64,000 bases of DNA from a virus. Below are positions 27,386 to 37,223 of the stretch, piece by piece (the first letter of the stretch is position 1; each line of letters starts with the position of its first letter). The stretch is from IMG/VR virus record IMGVR_UViG_3300020220_000040, positions 4,541-68,540 of that record, one strand, 5' to 3'. The notes under the pieces are model-generated. The model saw only the letters and a program-made list of their open reading frames with translations, was not told where the DNA came from and ran no database searches. Position numbers and translations under genes: made by a program.

Positions 27386-28446
27386 GCGGGAAGTCGAAGG
27401 GGTGGGCCGCACCTCCGCCGGTGATGGTGGTGTCCGGCACCCAGGAGTTCCTCCGGAACCGGGAGATCCAGAAAGCGACCCGTGCGGCGTTGGCCTCGGG
27501 TCGTCGGGTCGTTCATGTGGGCGTCGGGGACGGGCAGATGTTGTCGGACCTCCTGTCCAGCGCGTTCATCTTCTCCTCCGAGACGCTCGCCATCGTGGAG
27601 AGCGCCCCGGTGCGGAAGAAGTCGGCCAAGAAGAAGGCCGAGGCGGAACCGAGTGGCGAGGACGTGGAGGGAGGCTGGACGGAGGAAGACCTCGAGTTGG
27701 TGTTGGAGCACTCGAAGTCCTCGTTCTCCGAAATCTCCCTGGTCATCCACCACGACGGTGAACTGGGCCCCAAGTCCTTCGCTGGACTTCTGGTCGAGGG
27801 CCTTCCGAAGAGCCGGCTGCTGGACTTCCCCGCCCCCAAGCCTTGGGAGCAGAACGAGCACGCCCAGAAGTTCTTCATGGGTGAACTGAAGCGTCTGGGC
27901 AAGTCGATGGCGGATCCCTTGGCCGAAGCCGTGATTCGCCAGGCAGGCACGGACCTCGGGCTGCTGTCTTTCGAGGCGTTGAAGATTGCGACCCTTCTTG
28001 ACAGGGAGGGTCGTCCCGAAGCCGTGGCGGCGGACTTGTCGGGATTGATCTCAAACTTCGGTTCGGACGACTGGAATGCCTTGAAAGAGGCTCTGGGTGC
28101 GAAGAATGCAACGCGGGTGGTCCGAACCTTGGGGAACCTCCGCAACGGGCCGTCTGGCGGGGCCGTAACCCGAGCTACCGCCGTTCTTTTGGGCACGGTG
28201 GAACAGTGGCTTCACGCCGCAGCCCTCCTCGAGTCTGGGCTCGACGAGGAATCCGCCGCTGCACGGCTGAACATGAAGCTGTTCCCTTTCAAACAGAACG
28301 TTCAACCTCCTGCAAAGCGTTGGGGGCGACGTTCGTTGGACTCGCTATATCGAGGGGTAGTAGAGGTTGATGGAGGGGTGCGGAGGGGCCACTTGAATCC
28401 GTGGGTGGAGCTTGAAAGCGTGCTCCTGTCGGCGTGCCGCCTCTAA
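27382..28446 (+). CDS. holA: DNA Pol III delta (HolA-like)
   Basis: V.G.QEFL, GTDLGLLSFEALKI, D...RRG..NP..ELE. Confidence 0.65.
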   Translation: MSGKSKGWAAPPPVMVVSGTQEFLRNREIQKATRAALASGRRVVHVGVGDGQMLSDLLSSAFIFSSETLAIVESAPVRKKSAKKKAEAEPSGEDVEGGWTEEDLELVLEHSKSSFSEISLVIHHDGELGPKSFAGLLVEGLPKSRLLDFPAPKPWEQNEHAQKFFMGELKRLGKSMADPLAEAVIRQAGTDLGLLSFEALKIATLLDREGRPEAVAADLSGLISNFGSDDWNALKEALGAKNATRVVRTLGNLRNGPSGGAVTRATAVLLGTVEQWLHAAALLESGLDEESAAARLNMKLFPFKQNVQPPAKRWGRRSLDSLYRGVVEVDGGVRRGHLNPWVELESVLLSACRL

Positions 28447-28517
28447 GGGTACGACCCCCACTAGCCCCTCTATACCCCTCGCTCTATGCCTCTCGAACCA
28501 CACTCAGAGGATCCACG

Positions 28518-30497
28518 ATGAGTCAGACCAGCCTTCATGCCGAGTCCACGGCGGCACTTCGTTCTGCCGCTATTGAGGAGCCGATGTTCCCCAACCTTCT
28601 GTCCGAGTTCATCTACGTGCGGACGTACAGCCGATGGATGGACGACGAGCTTCGGCGTGAGACGTGGCCCGAGACGGTGGGCCGCTACGTCGACTTCCTC
28701 GCGGAAGAGCGTCCGATCGTCCCGAAGCACATCCTCGATGCGGCTCGTGCTGCGATCCTGGACCTCCAGGTGATGCCGTCGATGCGGGCGTTGTGGTCAG
28801 CGGGTGAGGCCGCTCGTCGGGACAACACCTGCCTGTACAACTGCTCGTTCGTGCCTCTCGACTCGCTTCATGCGTTCTCGGAGGCTCTCTACATCCTGAT
28901 GTGTGGCACGGGTGTGGGCTTCTCGGTGGAGGCCAAGTTCGTCAACAACCTGCCCCAGGTGGCGAGCCTCACGGGCGAGACGATCTCCCACGTCGTGGGC
29001 GACTCGACCGAGGGCTGGGCGGACTCGCTCCTGTTCGGCATGCAGCAGTGGTTCCAGGGCAACAAGGTGGCGTTCGACTACAGCGGCCTTCGTGCGCGTG
29101 GGACGCCCCTCAAGATCAAGGGTGGCCGTGCCTCGGGTTCGGAGCCCCTGAAGCGTCTTCACGACCTGTGCGAGGAGACGATCCTCTCGGCGGCGGGTCG
29201 GAAGCTCCGTCCGCTCGAGTGCCACGACATCGCGTGCGCCATCGGTGACATCGTTCACGTCGGTGGCTTCCGTCGTGCGGCCCTCATCTCGTTCTCGGAT
29301 CCCGAGGACGAGGAGATGCGTCACGCGAAGGACTGGAGCCGTGGCGACTTCCCGAAGATCCGCTACATGTCCAACAACTCCGCCTTCTGGGAGACCAAGC
29401 CCTCCGAGGACATCTTCTGGAAGGAGTGGCAGGCGCTGGTGGCTTCGGGCTCGGGCGAGCGTGGGTTCTACCGGATGCCTCCGGAGAAGCGTGCGGCTCG
29501 TCGGGGCGACTTCCGCTCCAACCCCTGCGGGGAGATCAACCTCCGCTACACGCTGGCCCAGGACCCGTGGACCGGGAAGGGCGGAGCCGGGAGCTTCTGC
29601 AACCTGACGGCGGCCGTCATGCGGGCGAACGACACCCGCGAGACCTTCGCCGAGAAGATCCGCATCGCGGCCTGGCTGGGAACCATCCAGGCTTCGTTCA
29701 CCGACTTCCCCTACCTCCGGGAAGGGTGGCGTCAAATCTGCAACGAGGACCGGCTCCTCGGCGTGGACATCACGGGCCAGTGCGACAACCCGGCCCTGTC
29801 GAACGACCACGAGGCCATGCTCTACTTCAACAAGGTGGCTCGCGAGACGGCGGCTGAGGCTGCCGCGTGGCTCGGCATCAACATGCCCGCCGCCATCACC
29901 TGTGGGAAGCCGAGCGGGAACTCCAGCCAACTCGTGGACTGTGCCTCGGGCTTCCACCCCCGGTACGCGCCCTACTACCTCCGCCGTGTCCGCATCGACG
30001 GCAAGGATCCCCTCACCGCTCTCCTCCGCGACTCGGGTGTTCCGATGTTCAAGGAGAACGGGATGGAGAACCTGCCCGACGAGGAAGTCTCGGTGTGGGT
30101 CGTCCAGTTCCCGGTCAAGGCCCCCGAGACGGCGATGATCCGCAACTCGGAGACGGCGCTCGAGATGTGCAACCGCTACCTCCACATCATGCGGACCTGG
30201 TGCGGGGATCGGGGTCACAACCAGTCGGCCACCATCTACGTGCGCGAGCACGAGTGGGAAGAGGTCGGCCAGTGGGTCTACACCAACTTCGACCTCATCA
30301 CGGGCCTGTCCTTCCTGCCCTTCGACGGCGGCAAGTACAGGCTCGCTCCCTACAAGGAGATCAACCAGGAGCAGTACGAGGCCGCGATGGCACAGATGCC
30401 CGTCGTGGACTTCTCGCTCCTCACGATCTACGAGCGTGAAGATCGTGGCCAGGGAGCCACGGAACTCGCGTGCTCCAGTGGATCGTGTGACATCTAG
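28518..30497 (+). CDS. nrdJ: Class II (B12-dependent) ribonucleotide reductase
   Basis: RTYSR, PSMRAL, YNCSF, GTGVGF, RRAALI, NPCGEI, CNL, KPSG, C-terminal CSSGSC. Confidence 0.92.
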   Translation: MSQTSLHAESTAALRSAAIEEPMFPNLLSEFIYVRTYSRWMDDELRRETWPETVGRYVDFLAEERPIVPKHILDAARAAILDLQVMPSMRALWSAGEAARRDNTCLYNCSFVPLDSLHAFSEALYILMCGTGVGFSVEAKFVNNLPQVASLTGETISHVVGDSTEGWADSLLFGMQQWFQGNKVAFDYSGLRARGTPLKIKGGRASGSEPLKRLHDLCEETILSAAGRKLRPLECHDIACAIGDIVHVGGFRRAALISFSDPEDEEMRHAKDWSRGDFPKIRYMSNNSAFWETKPSEDIFWKEWQALVASGSGERGFYRMPPEKRAARRGDFRSNPCGEINLRYTLAQDPWTGKGGAGSFCNLTAAVMRANDTRETFAEKIRIAAWLGTIQASFTDFPYLREGWRQICNEDRLLGVDITGQCDNPALSNDHEAMLYFNKVARETAAEAAAWLGINMPAAITCGKPSGNSSQLVDCASGFHPRYAPYYLRRVRIDGKDPLTALLRDSGVPMFKENGMENLPDEEVSVWVVQFPVKAPETAMIRNSETALEMCNRYLHIMRTWCGDRGHNQSATIYVREHEWEEVGQWVYTNFDLITGLSFLPFDGGKYRLAPYKEINQEQYEAAMAQMPVVDFSLLTIYEREDRGQGATELACSSGSCDI

Positions 30498-30505
30498 CTC
30501 GCAGT

Positions 30506-30551
30506 AGACCCTCCAGCCATCACAGGCTATTGTGAAATGGCTGGAGGGTCT
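30506..30551 (+). promoter_or_regulatory. Hairpin sequestering the endonuclease RBS
   Basis: agaccctccagccat...atggctggagggtct 15-bp stem containing GGAGG just before GTG 30554. Confidence 0.7.
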
Positions 30552-30553
30552 CT

Positions 30554-31153
30554 GTGGGGACAAGACCTCGTCTACAATTGGAAGGTCAACGGTTTGGAAA
30601 GTTGATCGTAGAGTCCGTGTCCACAAAGGATCGGAACGGGCATTACCGCTTCTTGTGCCGCTGTGATTGTGGCGTCGAGAAGGTAGTGCAGGGGACACAT
30701 CTGGTTCAAGGTAAGACCATCTCTTGTGGTTGCGCGAAGCCTCGGGGTTCCAGCCACAAGCAGTGGACGGGCTGTGGAGAGATCCACGGCAATTACTTTG
30801 CGGGCATTCGCCGAAGTGCTGCGGGCTCGAAGGGTCGAGCCCCGTTGACCTTCGACATCACTATCGAGTACATCTGGGACTTGTTCCTTGCACAAGAGCG
30901 ACGGTGTGCTCTTTCCGGACTCGAACTGAACTTCAAAGTCGGGAACTACAACAGCCCTGGCCGGGGTCACAGTCAGACTGCATCGCTGGACCGCATCGAC
31001 AGTGGGGAAGGCTACGTGCCCGGAAATGTTCAGTGGGTTCACAAGGACATCAACCGGATGAAGAGTGTGCTACCCCAGGACCGGTTTCTGGACTTGTGCC
31101 GCAGGGTGTCGGCCCACAACTCCAGCGGCTCCAGCGGCTCCTGCGAGTTGTGA
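30554..31153 (+). mobile_element. HNH-like homing endonuclease
   Basis: GQRFGKL, CRCDCG, SCGC, CALSG, SLDRIDS..GY..GNVQWV...N.MK. Confidence 0.85.
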
Positions 31154-31212
31154 GGAGGGGGGTCAGAAACCCCTAAGGTTGGGGTAGTAGTAGCTCGGAG
31201 ACTCCGACGCTG

Positions 31213-31731
31213 ATGGAAGGTTTCCGGGCGCTACTCCTCGAAGGGGTTTTCTACACCGAAGGTTCTCGACTCCTCTGTGCAAGTCACAGAGGAGTCGAGG
31301 ATGTTTCGTCTGTGTTGTCCGTTCTGGAGGGGCAGCGAGTCAAGTTCGCTGCTCACCATCTGCCGCCAACGACACAGCCCGATCCCTCCAAGTGGGGCGG
31401 GGGCTGTTGTCTGTGGCAACCTTCCGGCAAGTGTCCCGCCGGGCACCACGAGCGTCCGACCTGGTTGTTCAACATCTCCCTCGAGGGTGTGTTGATCCGC
31501 ACAGGGGAGGCATGGTCCGTGGAGAGCTTCGACGGGAAGACCACCGCGCTCTCCTTGAGAGAGATGCTCGTCGGGCACCATGCACGCATCGCGTCCGCCA
31601 CGTTGCTCGACGTGGAGAAGATGCGGGAGGCGGTGGAGTCCAAGAACATGACGGACACGGTGGAAGACCTGGCCTCCCGAGCCGACGACCTCCGTGATCT
31701 GCTGACTCGACTCCGAAATGGAGGTCGTTGA
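31213..31731 (+). CDS. Hypothetical protein
   Basis: ORF overlapping the recD2 start. Confidence 0.6.
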   Translation: MEGFRALLLEGVFYTEGSRLLCASHRGVEDVSSVLSVLEGQRVKFAAHHLPPTTQPDPSKWGGGCCLWQPSGKCPAGHHERPTWLFNISLEGVLIRTGEAWSVESFDGKTTALSLREMLVGHHARIASATLLDVEKMREAVESKNMTDTVEDLASRADDLRDLLTRLRNGGR

Positions 31732-34085
31732 TGGCCGAGTACTTCAGCGGGCGTGTTCACACCATCGTCTGGGCGGATGATGCCAAGGGCTTCTACGTCT
31801 TGCGGATGGTGCTGGATGGCCGTCCGACTTCAGGCGAGATCCCTGTGGTGAAGGGGAGCATCCCCGGCCTCCACATCGAGGTGGGCACCTGGTTCGGATT
31901 CGAGGGGGAGTGGATTCAGCACTCCCAGTACGGCCGCCAGCTTTCCGTCCTGAAGGCCCCCTTGGTGCGGGGATGGACGGTCGACGTGGCAGCGGGGATC
32001 CTGGCCGCCAACGGCGTAGGCGACCGTGTGGTCGGACTGCTTCGGGCCCACTTCGGCGATGAACTCGTGTCCGTCCTGGACCAGTTCGACCCGGCTCTCC
32101 TCGAGGCTGTTCCGGGGATGCCCCCGCTGTCCGCCGCACACATCGTGAGCCGTTGGCAGTCTGCCAAGGCGCACTTTCAGACCTTGGAGTTCCTCGCCGA
32201 AGCCGGTGTGCCCCGGAACAAAGTCCATCAGGTGTGGACTTTGTTCTCGGACAACGCGGCCGAGGTGCTGTCCACGAACCCCTGGGCCCTGGTGCGGATC
32301 GACGGGATCACGTTCCAGCAGGCGGACGAGGTAGCCAACAAGCTCGGCCTCGACCCCACCAGCCCGCTTCGTGCCGAGGGGGCGGTGCGGTACGTGGTCA
32401 AGACCCGGAAGGGGTTGGGGCACCTGTACCTCACGTCGGGCGAGATCGTGAACGAGGCGCAGGCCCTGTTGGGGAACTCGACTCCCCACGCGGTCGCACA
32501 CGCCATCGCGACTCTCCACAGAGCGGGCCAACTGGTTGTGGACCGACAGACCCGACAGGGGACGACGGCCATCTACGAGCCGTGGCTGCACCGCATGGAG
32601 TCCGACGCTGCGGGGCTGATGCTCGACCGGGTGGCGTCGGCCCAGTGGGGCTTGCACGAGGAAGCCACGGCACGGTTCCGGAAGATGCTGGCCGCCACGG
32701 GTCCCCAGGCCACGGACATCGCGGAAGCCCCCGACACGGACCTCCGGCACATCGCAGCGGCGGCTCTCCGGGACTGGTCGAAGGGCAGCCAGGTGTCGTT
32801 GTCCGGGGCACAGCTTCAGGGGGCGCTCAACGCCCTCGTGGAGCCGGTGTCGGTGCTGACGGGGTTGCCGGGTACGGGCAAGACCACCACGCTGAAGGCG
32901 GTGGTGAGCATCCTCAAGGACGCGGACGTGTCGTTCCTTCTCGTGGCCCCCACGGGCATCGCGGCCAAGCGCATCACGTCGGTGACGGGAGCCCCGGCCT
33001 CGACCATCCACCGGGCCTTCGGTGCCCAGGGTTGGCAGAAGGGGGAGGAGCGAGAGGCCACCTACGTCGGCGTCACGGGGCAGTCGGGGGGTATCGAGGG
33101 GTCCGACGGGTCGGGGGAACAGTGGGGGTGCTCTGAAGTCCCCCACGCGGCGGACGTGGTGATTTGCGACGAGACCTCGATGGTCGATCAGCACATCCTG
33201 TACCGCATCCTGACCTGCACGAAGCCCACCGCCCGGCTGGTGTTCATCGGGGACGACAAGCAGCTTCCCTCCGTCGGCCCCGGCAACGTTCTCCGAGACC
33301 TCATCGCCTCGGACATGTTCCCGACTGTGGCCCTGACCGAGATTTTCCGGCAGGCCGACACCAGCCAGATCGTTGTGGCCGCACATGCCATCTCTCGTGG
33401 GGATGTGCCCGAGGTGTCGAGCAGTGGCGGGGGCGAGTTCGTGCTCATCCCGGCCAAGTCGGACGACCAGGTTCTCGAACTCACCATCCGGCTGGCCGAG
33501 AAGCTGTTCACCCAGCGGGCGAACTTCCAGGTGATGTCCCCTCGGCACTCTGGGACGGTCGGGGTCACCAACCTCAACGCCCGACTGCGCGAACTTCTCA
33601 ACCCGAAGTCGCCGGGCCTCCAGGAGATGCGGCTCGGCATGGAGGTCATCCGTGAGGACGACCGCGTCATGGTGGTGAAGAACAACTACGAGAAGGAGAT
33701 TTTCAACGGGGACGTGGGCAAGATCCAGAAGCTCGACCGCAAGCTCCGTGAGGCCGAGATCAAGGTTCACGGTCCGCCCGTCCAGTACATCAGGCTCCCC
33801 TTCAAGGATGCCTCCGACCATCTCCGCCTGGCCTACTGCACCACCGTCCACAAGATGCAGGGTCAGGAGGCGGACACCATCGTCATGCCTTTGGTGGTGT
33901 CGTTCGCCCACCAGCTACAGCGCAACCTGCTGTACACCGCCATCACCCGGGCGAAGAAGCGGGTGATTCTCATCGGTCACCACGAGGCAATGGTGAAGGC
34001 CATCGCCAACAACCGCCAGGATGAGCGGAACACCCTATTCCTCGATCGTTTGCGGATAGAAGCGGCGGCCCGAGGGGGGGTCTAA
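31728..34085 (+). CDS. recD2: RecD2 SF1B helicase
   Basis: HSQYGRQ, NPW.L..I.GITF..AD, TGLPGTGKTT, APTG.AA, DETSM, GD..QLPSVGPG, FRQ, NGDVG, YTAITR. Confidence 0.92.
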   Translation: MMAEYFSGRVHTIVWADDAKGFYVLRMVLDGRPTSGEIPVVKGSIPGLHIEVGTWFGFEGEWIQHSQYGRQLSVLKAPLVRGWTVDVAAGILAANGVGDRVVGLLRAHFGDELVSVLDQFDPALLEAVPGMPPLSAAHIVSRWQSAKAHFQTLEFLAEAGVPRNKVHQVWTLFSDNAAEVLSTNPWALVRIDGITFQQADEVANKLGLDPTSPLRAEGAVRYVVKTRKGLGHLYLTSGEIVNEAQALLGNSTPHAVAHAIATLHRAGQLVVDRQTRQGTTAIYEPWLHRMESDAAGLMLDRVASAQWGLHEEATARFRKMLAATGPQATDIAEAPDTDLRHIAAAALRDWSKGSQVSLSGAQLQGALNALVEPVSVLTGLPGTGKTTTLKAVVSILKDADVSFLLVAPTGIAAKRITSVTGAPASTIHRAFGAQGWQKGEEREATYVGVTGQSGGIEGSDGSGEQWGCSEVPHAADVVICDETSMVDQHILYRILTCTKPTARLVFIGDDKQLPSVGPGNVLRDLIASDMFPTVALTEIFRQADTSQIVVAAHAISRGDVPEVSSSGGGEFVLIPAKSDDQVLELTIRLAEKLFTQRANFQVMSPRHSGTVGVTNLNARLRELLNPKSPGLQEMRLGMEVIREDDRVMVVKNNYEKEIFNGDVGKIQKLDRKLREAEIKVHGPPVQYIRLPFKDASDHLRLAYCTTVHKMQGQEADTIVMPLVVSFAHQLQRNLLYTAITRAKKRVILIGHHEAMVKAIANNRQDERNTLFLDRLRIEAAARGGV

Positions 34086-34121
34086 GGTTGGGGGCTTCGC
34101 GTAAGAGGGGAAACCCTCAAC

Positions 34122-34550
34122 GTGGAGTGCCCCGTGACCGATTCAGAGATCAAGGAAATGCTCAACCGGGTGAAGCGCAACCTTCGGGTGACCAAGGTGG
34201 TCGCCACCCGCTCGGTCAAGGGCCGGTCCGGGGATCAGTTCGCGGGCTTCGCCGCCAGCTACAACAGCGTCCAGGACGAGCCCGCTGGTGCTGGGAAGGA
34301 TCTCATCTCGGTGGTCGAGGAGCCGGAGGGTGCTTCGAGCGGGATGTCGTTGCTCGAGGCGAAGATCGCCTACTACCTCGTCGCGATGCAGGCCGACATT
34401 GCCGCTCACGAGGCCGCTCTCGCCAGCGGAGGCATCAGCCCGCAGCACTGTGCGGATGCCGTCTCCTCCATCCGGAGCAACTACGGGAAGCTCATCCGGA
34501 AGGCCCTCCCCCAAGAGGCGTCGGATTCCGAGGCCACTCCCGCGAAGTGA
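34122..34550 (+). CDS. Hypothetical protein
   Basis: GC3-rich ORF. Confidence 0.65.
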   Translation: MECPVTDSEIKEMLNRVKRNLRVTKVVATRSVKGRSGDQFAGFAASYNSVQDEPAGAGKDLISVVEEPEGASSGMSLLEAKIAYYLVAMQADIAAHEAALASGGISPQHCADAVSSIRSNYGKLIRKALPQEASDSEATPAK

Positions 34551-34601
34551 TGTTCACTCAACCTGGCTCAACGGTAGGGTGGGCCGCTTCAAGGAGACAC
34601 C

Positions 34602-35633
34602 GTGTCTGAAAACTCGCTTCCACAGGTCAATGACGCCTACGTTCGGCGAGTTTTCGACTCGCTCGCCAAGATGGACGTGGACCTCGACGCTGACCCGATG
34701 ATGTACGGTCCCAAGCGGATGATCGCCAAGGTCGCCGCTTGCCGTGACCACCTGTCTCGGTGCCAGCAGATTTTCCTCCAGGTGTCGGACGACCTGCACC
34801 GGTTGAACCGGGCGCACCGCAAGTCGAAGCTCGACTTCGACCTTCAGATGCAAGACCTCCTCGCCAACGACCCCGACGTGCGTGCGGGCAAGAACGTTCG
34901 CGACCGTGAGGCCGTGGCGACGATGAAGCTGCGGGCCGACCGCGAGCACATCGCCAACATCGAGTCGTCCATCCAAGACCTCGACGCGGTGATGTCGGTC
35001 GTGAAGGCCAAGCGTGAGGATCTGAAGGACATCCAGGGTCGCATCCGCGACCAGGTCAAGCTCTGCCAGGAGGAGGTCGGCCTGGGTGGGAAGTGGGGCT
35101 CGGCTCCTCCGCCGGGTGCCCGCACCCCCAACCTCGACGCTGCTCCCAAGGTGGACCGGACGGCCCTCGAGACGCTGAACGAGGTGATGGGTGGCCTCGA
35201 GGGCGAGTCCTCTGTCTCGGACCTCGACCAGTTCGTGATGCAGGAACTGGCGGGACAGGGTGTCTCGCCGGACGAGGACGAGGAGGACGTCGTCGTAGCA
35301 CAGCCCGAGCCGCCCAAGCCTGCGGTCGAAGTCGCCAAGGTCGTCGAGACTCCCAAGGTCGAAGCCGCCCCGGTGGTCGAGACCCCCAAGGCGGCCCCTC
35401 CTGCGGACGAGGACGAGGACGAGGACCCCTTGAGCGGGTTCAACGCGGTGGCTGCCAAGCCCGAGCCCACTGCCCCCACGTCCGCGCGTGCCGAGGAGAT
35501 CGACAACTTCTTCGACGACCTCGAAGTGGACGCTCCTTCCGCCAAGCCAGGGCAGAAGGCTGCATCCGCAGCACCTCCCCCGTTGTCGAACGACATCGAC
35601 CTTGACGACCTGATTGGTTCGTTCAAGGCGTAG
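34602..35633 (+). CDS. Coiled-coil protein with acidic tail (possible recombination mediator)
   Basis: Helical N-terminus, acidic/Pro C-terminus; next to SSB and RecA; function is inference. Confidence 0.55.
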   Translation: MSENSLPQVNDAYVRRVFDSLAKMDVDLDADPMMYGPKRMIAKVAACRDHLSRCQQIFLQVSDDLHRLNRAHRKSKLDFDLQMQDLLANDPDVRAGKNVRDREAVATMKLRADREHIANIESSIQDLDAVMSVVKAKREDLKDIQGRIRDQVKLCQEEVGLGGKWGSAPPPGARTPNLDAAPKVDRTALETLNEVMGGLEGESSVSDLDQFVMQELAGQGVSPDEDEEDVVVAQPEPPKPAVEVAKVVETPKVEAAPVVETPKAAPPADEDEDEDPLSGFNAVAAKPEPTAPTSARAEEIDNFFDDLEVDAPSAKPGQKAASAAPPPLSNDIDLDDLIGSFKA

Positions 35634-35642
35634 GTTCTTCCG

Positions 35643-35688
35643 AGGTTTGAGGCCCCTGACACCCCCCGGTGTCAGGGGCCTCAAACCT
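35643..35688. repeat. Perfect 21-bp inverted repeat with CCCC loop
   Basis: aggtttgaggcccctgacacc-cccc-ggtgtcaggggcctcaaacct. Confidence 0.85.
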
Positions 35689-35783
35689 TAGGGGGGTGGG
35701 AATCCCTAAGGTTCGGGTAGTAAGAGGTGCGGCCCCAAGTCCTGTTCATCCTGAACCCAGACACGAGCCGCAGGAGAAGTGAG

Positions 35784-36530
35784 ATGTCGAACGACTACAT
35801 GGAGTTTGGATTCGGCTCCGGTGACGAATCCATTGGTGGGGGGAAGTTCGAGCGGTTCAAGGCGAAGGAGGGCGAGAGCTACCGTGTCTCGTTCGTCTGG
35901 TGGCCGATGACCCCGACGGGCCGCCCCGACCTGAACGCCCAGTCGCCCCGGTTCATCGGCGCGAAGCGTCACTACCTCCAGGGTGTGGGGTACTTCCTGT
36001 CCAAGGGGCCGGAGTACGACAAGATCGCGGGCGGTGCTCCCAAGGCTCAGATCGCGACCGTGATCGCCATCTGGCCGACCGACCGCAAGGGCCAACTCGA
36101 CAAGACCCGGTTCGCCCAGGGCGATGTCGACGTGAAGCCCTGGATCTTCGGGCAGGACAAGTACGACCAGTTGAAGCGTCGGCACGACGAGTTCCCGTTC
36201 GGCCAGTACGACCTCAACATCGCCTGCACCGACACCCAGTTCCAGAAGATGGACCTGTCGCCCGCTCGTGAGAACCTGTTCCGCAAGGCCATGGAGAGCG
36301 AAAAGCTCGCCGGTCTGGTGGACGGCATCATCGCGAAGGTCGGTGCGATCGTCGCCGAGAACGACAAGAAGGAGCCTGTCGGGCTGCGTGGCATCATCGC
36401 CCGTGACCTCGACATCTCCAAGATCCGCGAGAAGCTCGGGGGTGCCTCGGCGTCCTCGGGGTCCGCTTTCACGGCGGACACCACCTCGCAGGTCGACGCC
36501 ATCCTCGACGACATCCTCGACCCCAAGTAG
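35784..36530 (+). CDS. Single-stranded DNA-binding protein (gp32-like)
   Basis: Aromatic-rich core, DL.I.C, acidic C-terminal tail; recombination-block context. Confidence 0.6.
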   Translation: MSNDYMEFGFGSGDESIGGGKFERFKAKEGESYRVSFVWWPMTPTGRPDLNAQSPRFIGAKRHYLQGVGYFLSKGPEYDKIAGGAPKAQIATVIAIWPTDRKGQLDKTRFAQGDVDVKPWIFGQDKYDQLKRRHDEFPFGQYDLNIACTDTQFQKMDLSPARENLFRKAMESEKLAGLVDGIIAKVGAIVAENDKKEPVGLRGIIARDLDISKIREKLGGASASSGSAFTADTTSQVDAILDDILDPK

Positions 36531-36548
36531 TCGGCGGGCGGGTTCAAC

Positions 36549-37223
36549 ATGCGCGTACTCGGGTTGGACCCGTCTCTGACCAACTTCGGTTGGGCGATAC
36601 ATGACACCTCCGCGACGGGAGCGGAACGCTGCCCCCGTCGCGGACGGTTTCAGACCAGCGCAAAGACGCTGTACGTGGCTCGCTACATCGAACTCCGGGA
36701 ATCTCTTCGGGCTCTCATCCGGGAGGAGAAGCCCGACAAGATGGGGATCGAGTTCCCCATCTTCAACGACTTGTTCTCGGAAGGGCTCTACGGCCTGTTC
36801 CTGTTCTGTAGCGAGACGCTCTACACCGAGCGGCAGGATGTCGTGTTCTGGAGCCCGATGCAGGTGAAGGCTCACGCTCGCGAGTCCCTGGCCCGACCGA
36901 AAGGTTGGGTGATGATGAAGCCGGACATGGTGGAAGCCGCCAAGCTCGACTTGGGCGGCAAGGGCACGATGAATCACAACGAGGCGGACGCCTACCTGAA
37001 CGCTCGGCTGTCCGCCCGGTTCTGGCAGTTCCACACAGGAGTCCTCGCCGAGGACGACCTGACCCCCGTGGAACGCAAGTATTTCCTCGAAGTCAAGCGG
37101 TACACCCGAGGAAAGAAGGCTGGGAAGGAAGTTCAAAAGGGGGTGGTGTACCGCGAAGATGAACGATTCTTCAGATGGTCGGAGGGCGACGATGGCACGG
37201 AAAGCAGCGACAACGGAGACTGA
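36549..37223 (+). CDS. ruvC: RuvC-like Holliday junction resolvase
   Basis: VLGLDPSLTNFGWA, GIE, P.QVK, HNEADA. Confidence 0.8.
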   Translation: MRVLGLDPSLTNFGWAIHDTSATGAERCPRRGRFQTSAKTLYVARYIELRESLRALIREEKPDKMGIEFPIFNDLFSEGLYGLFLFCSETLYTERQDVVFWSPMQVKAHARESLARPKGWVMMKPDMVEAAKLDLGGKGTMNHNEADAYLNARLSARFWQFHTGVLAEDDLTPVERKYFLEVKRYTRGKKAGKEVQKGVVYREDERFFRWSEGDDGTESSDNGD

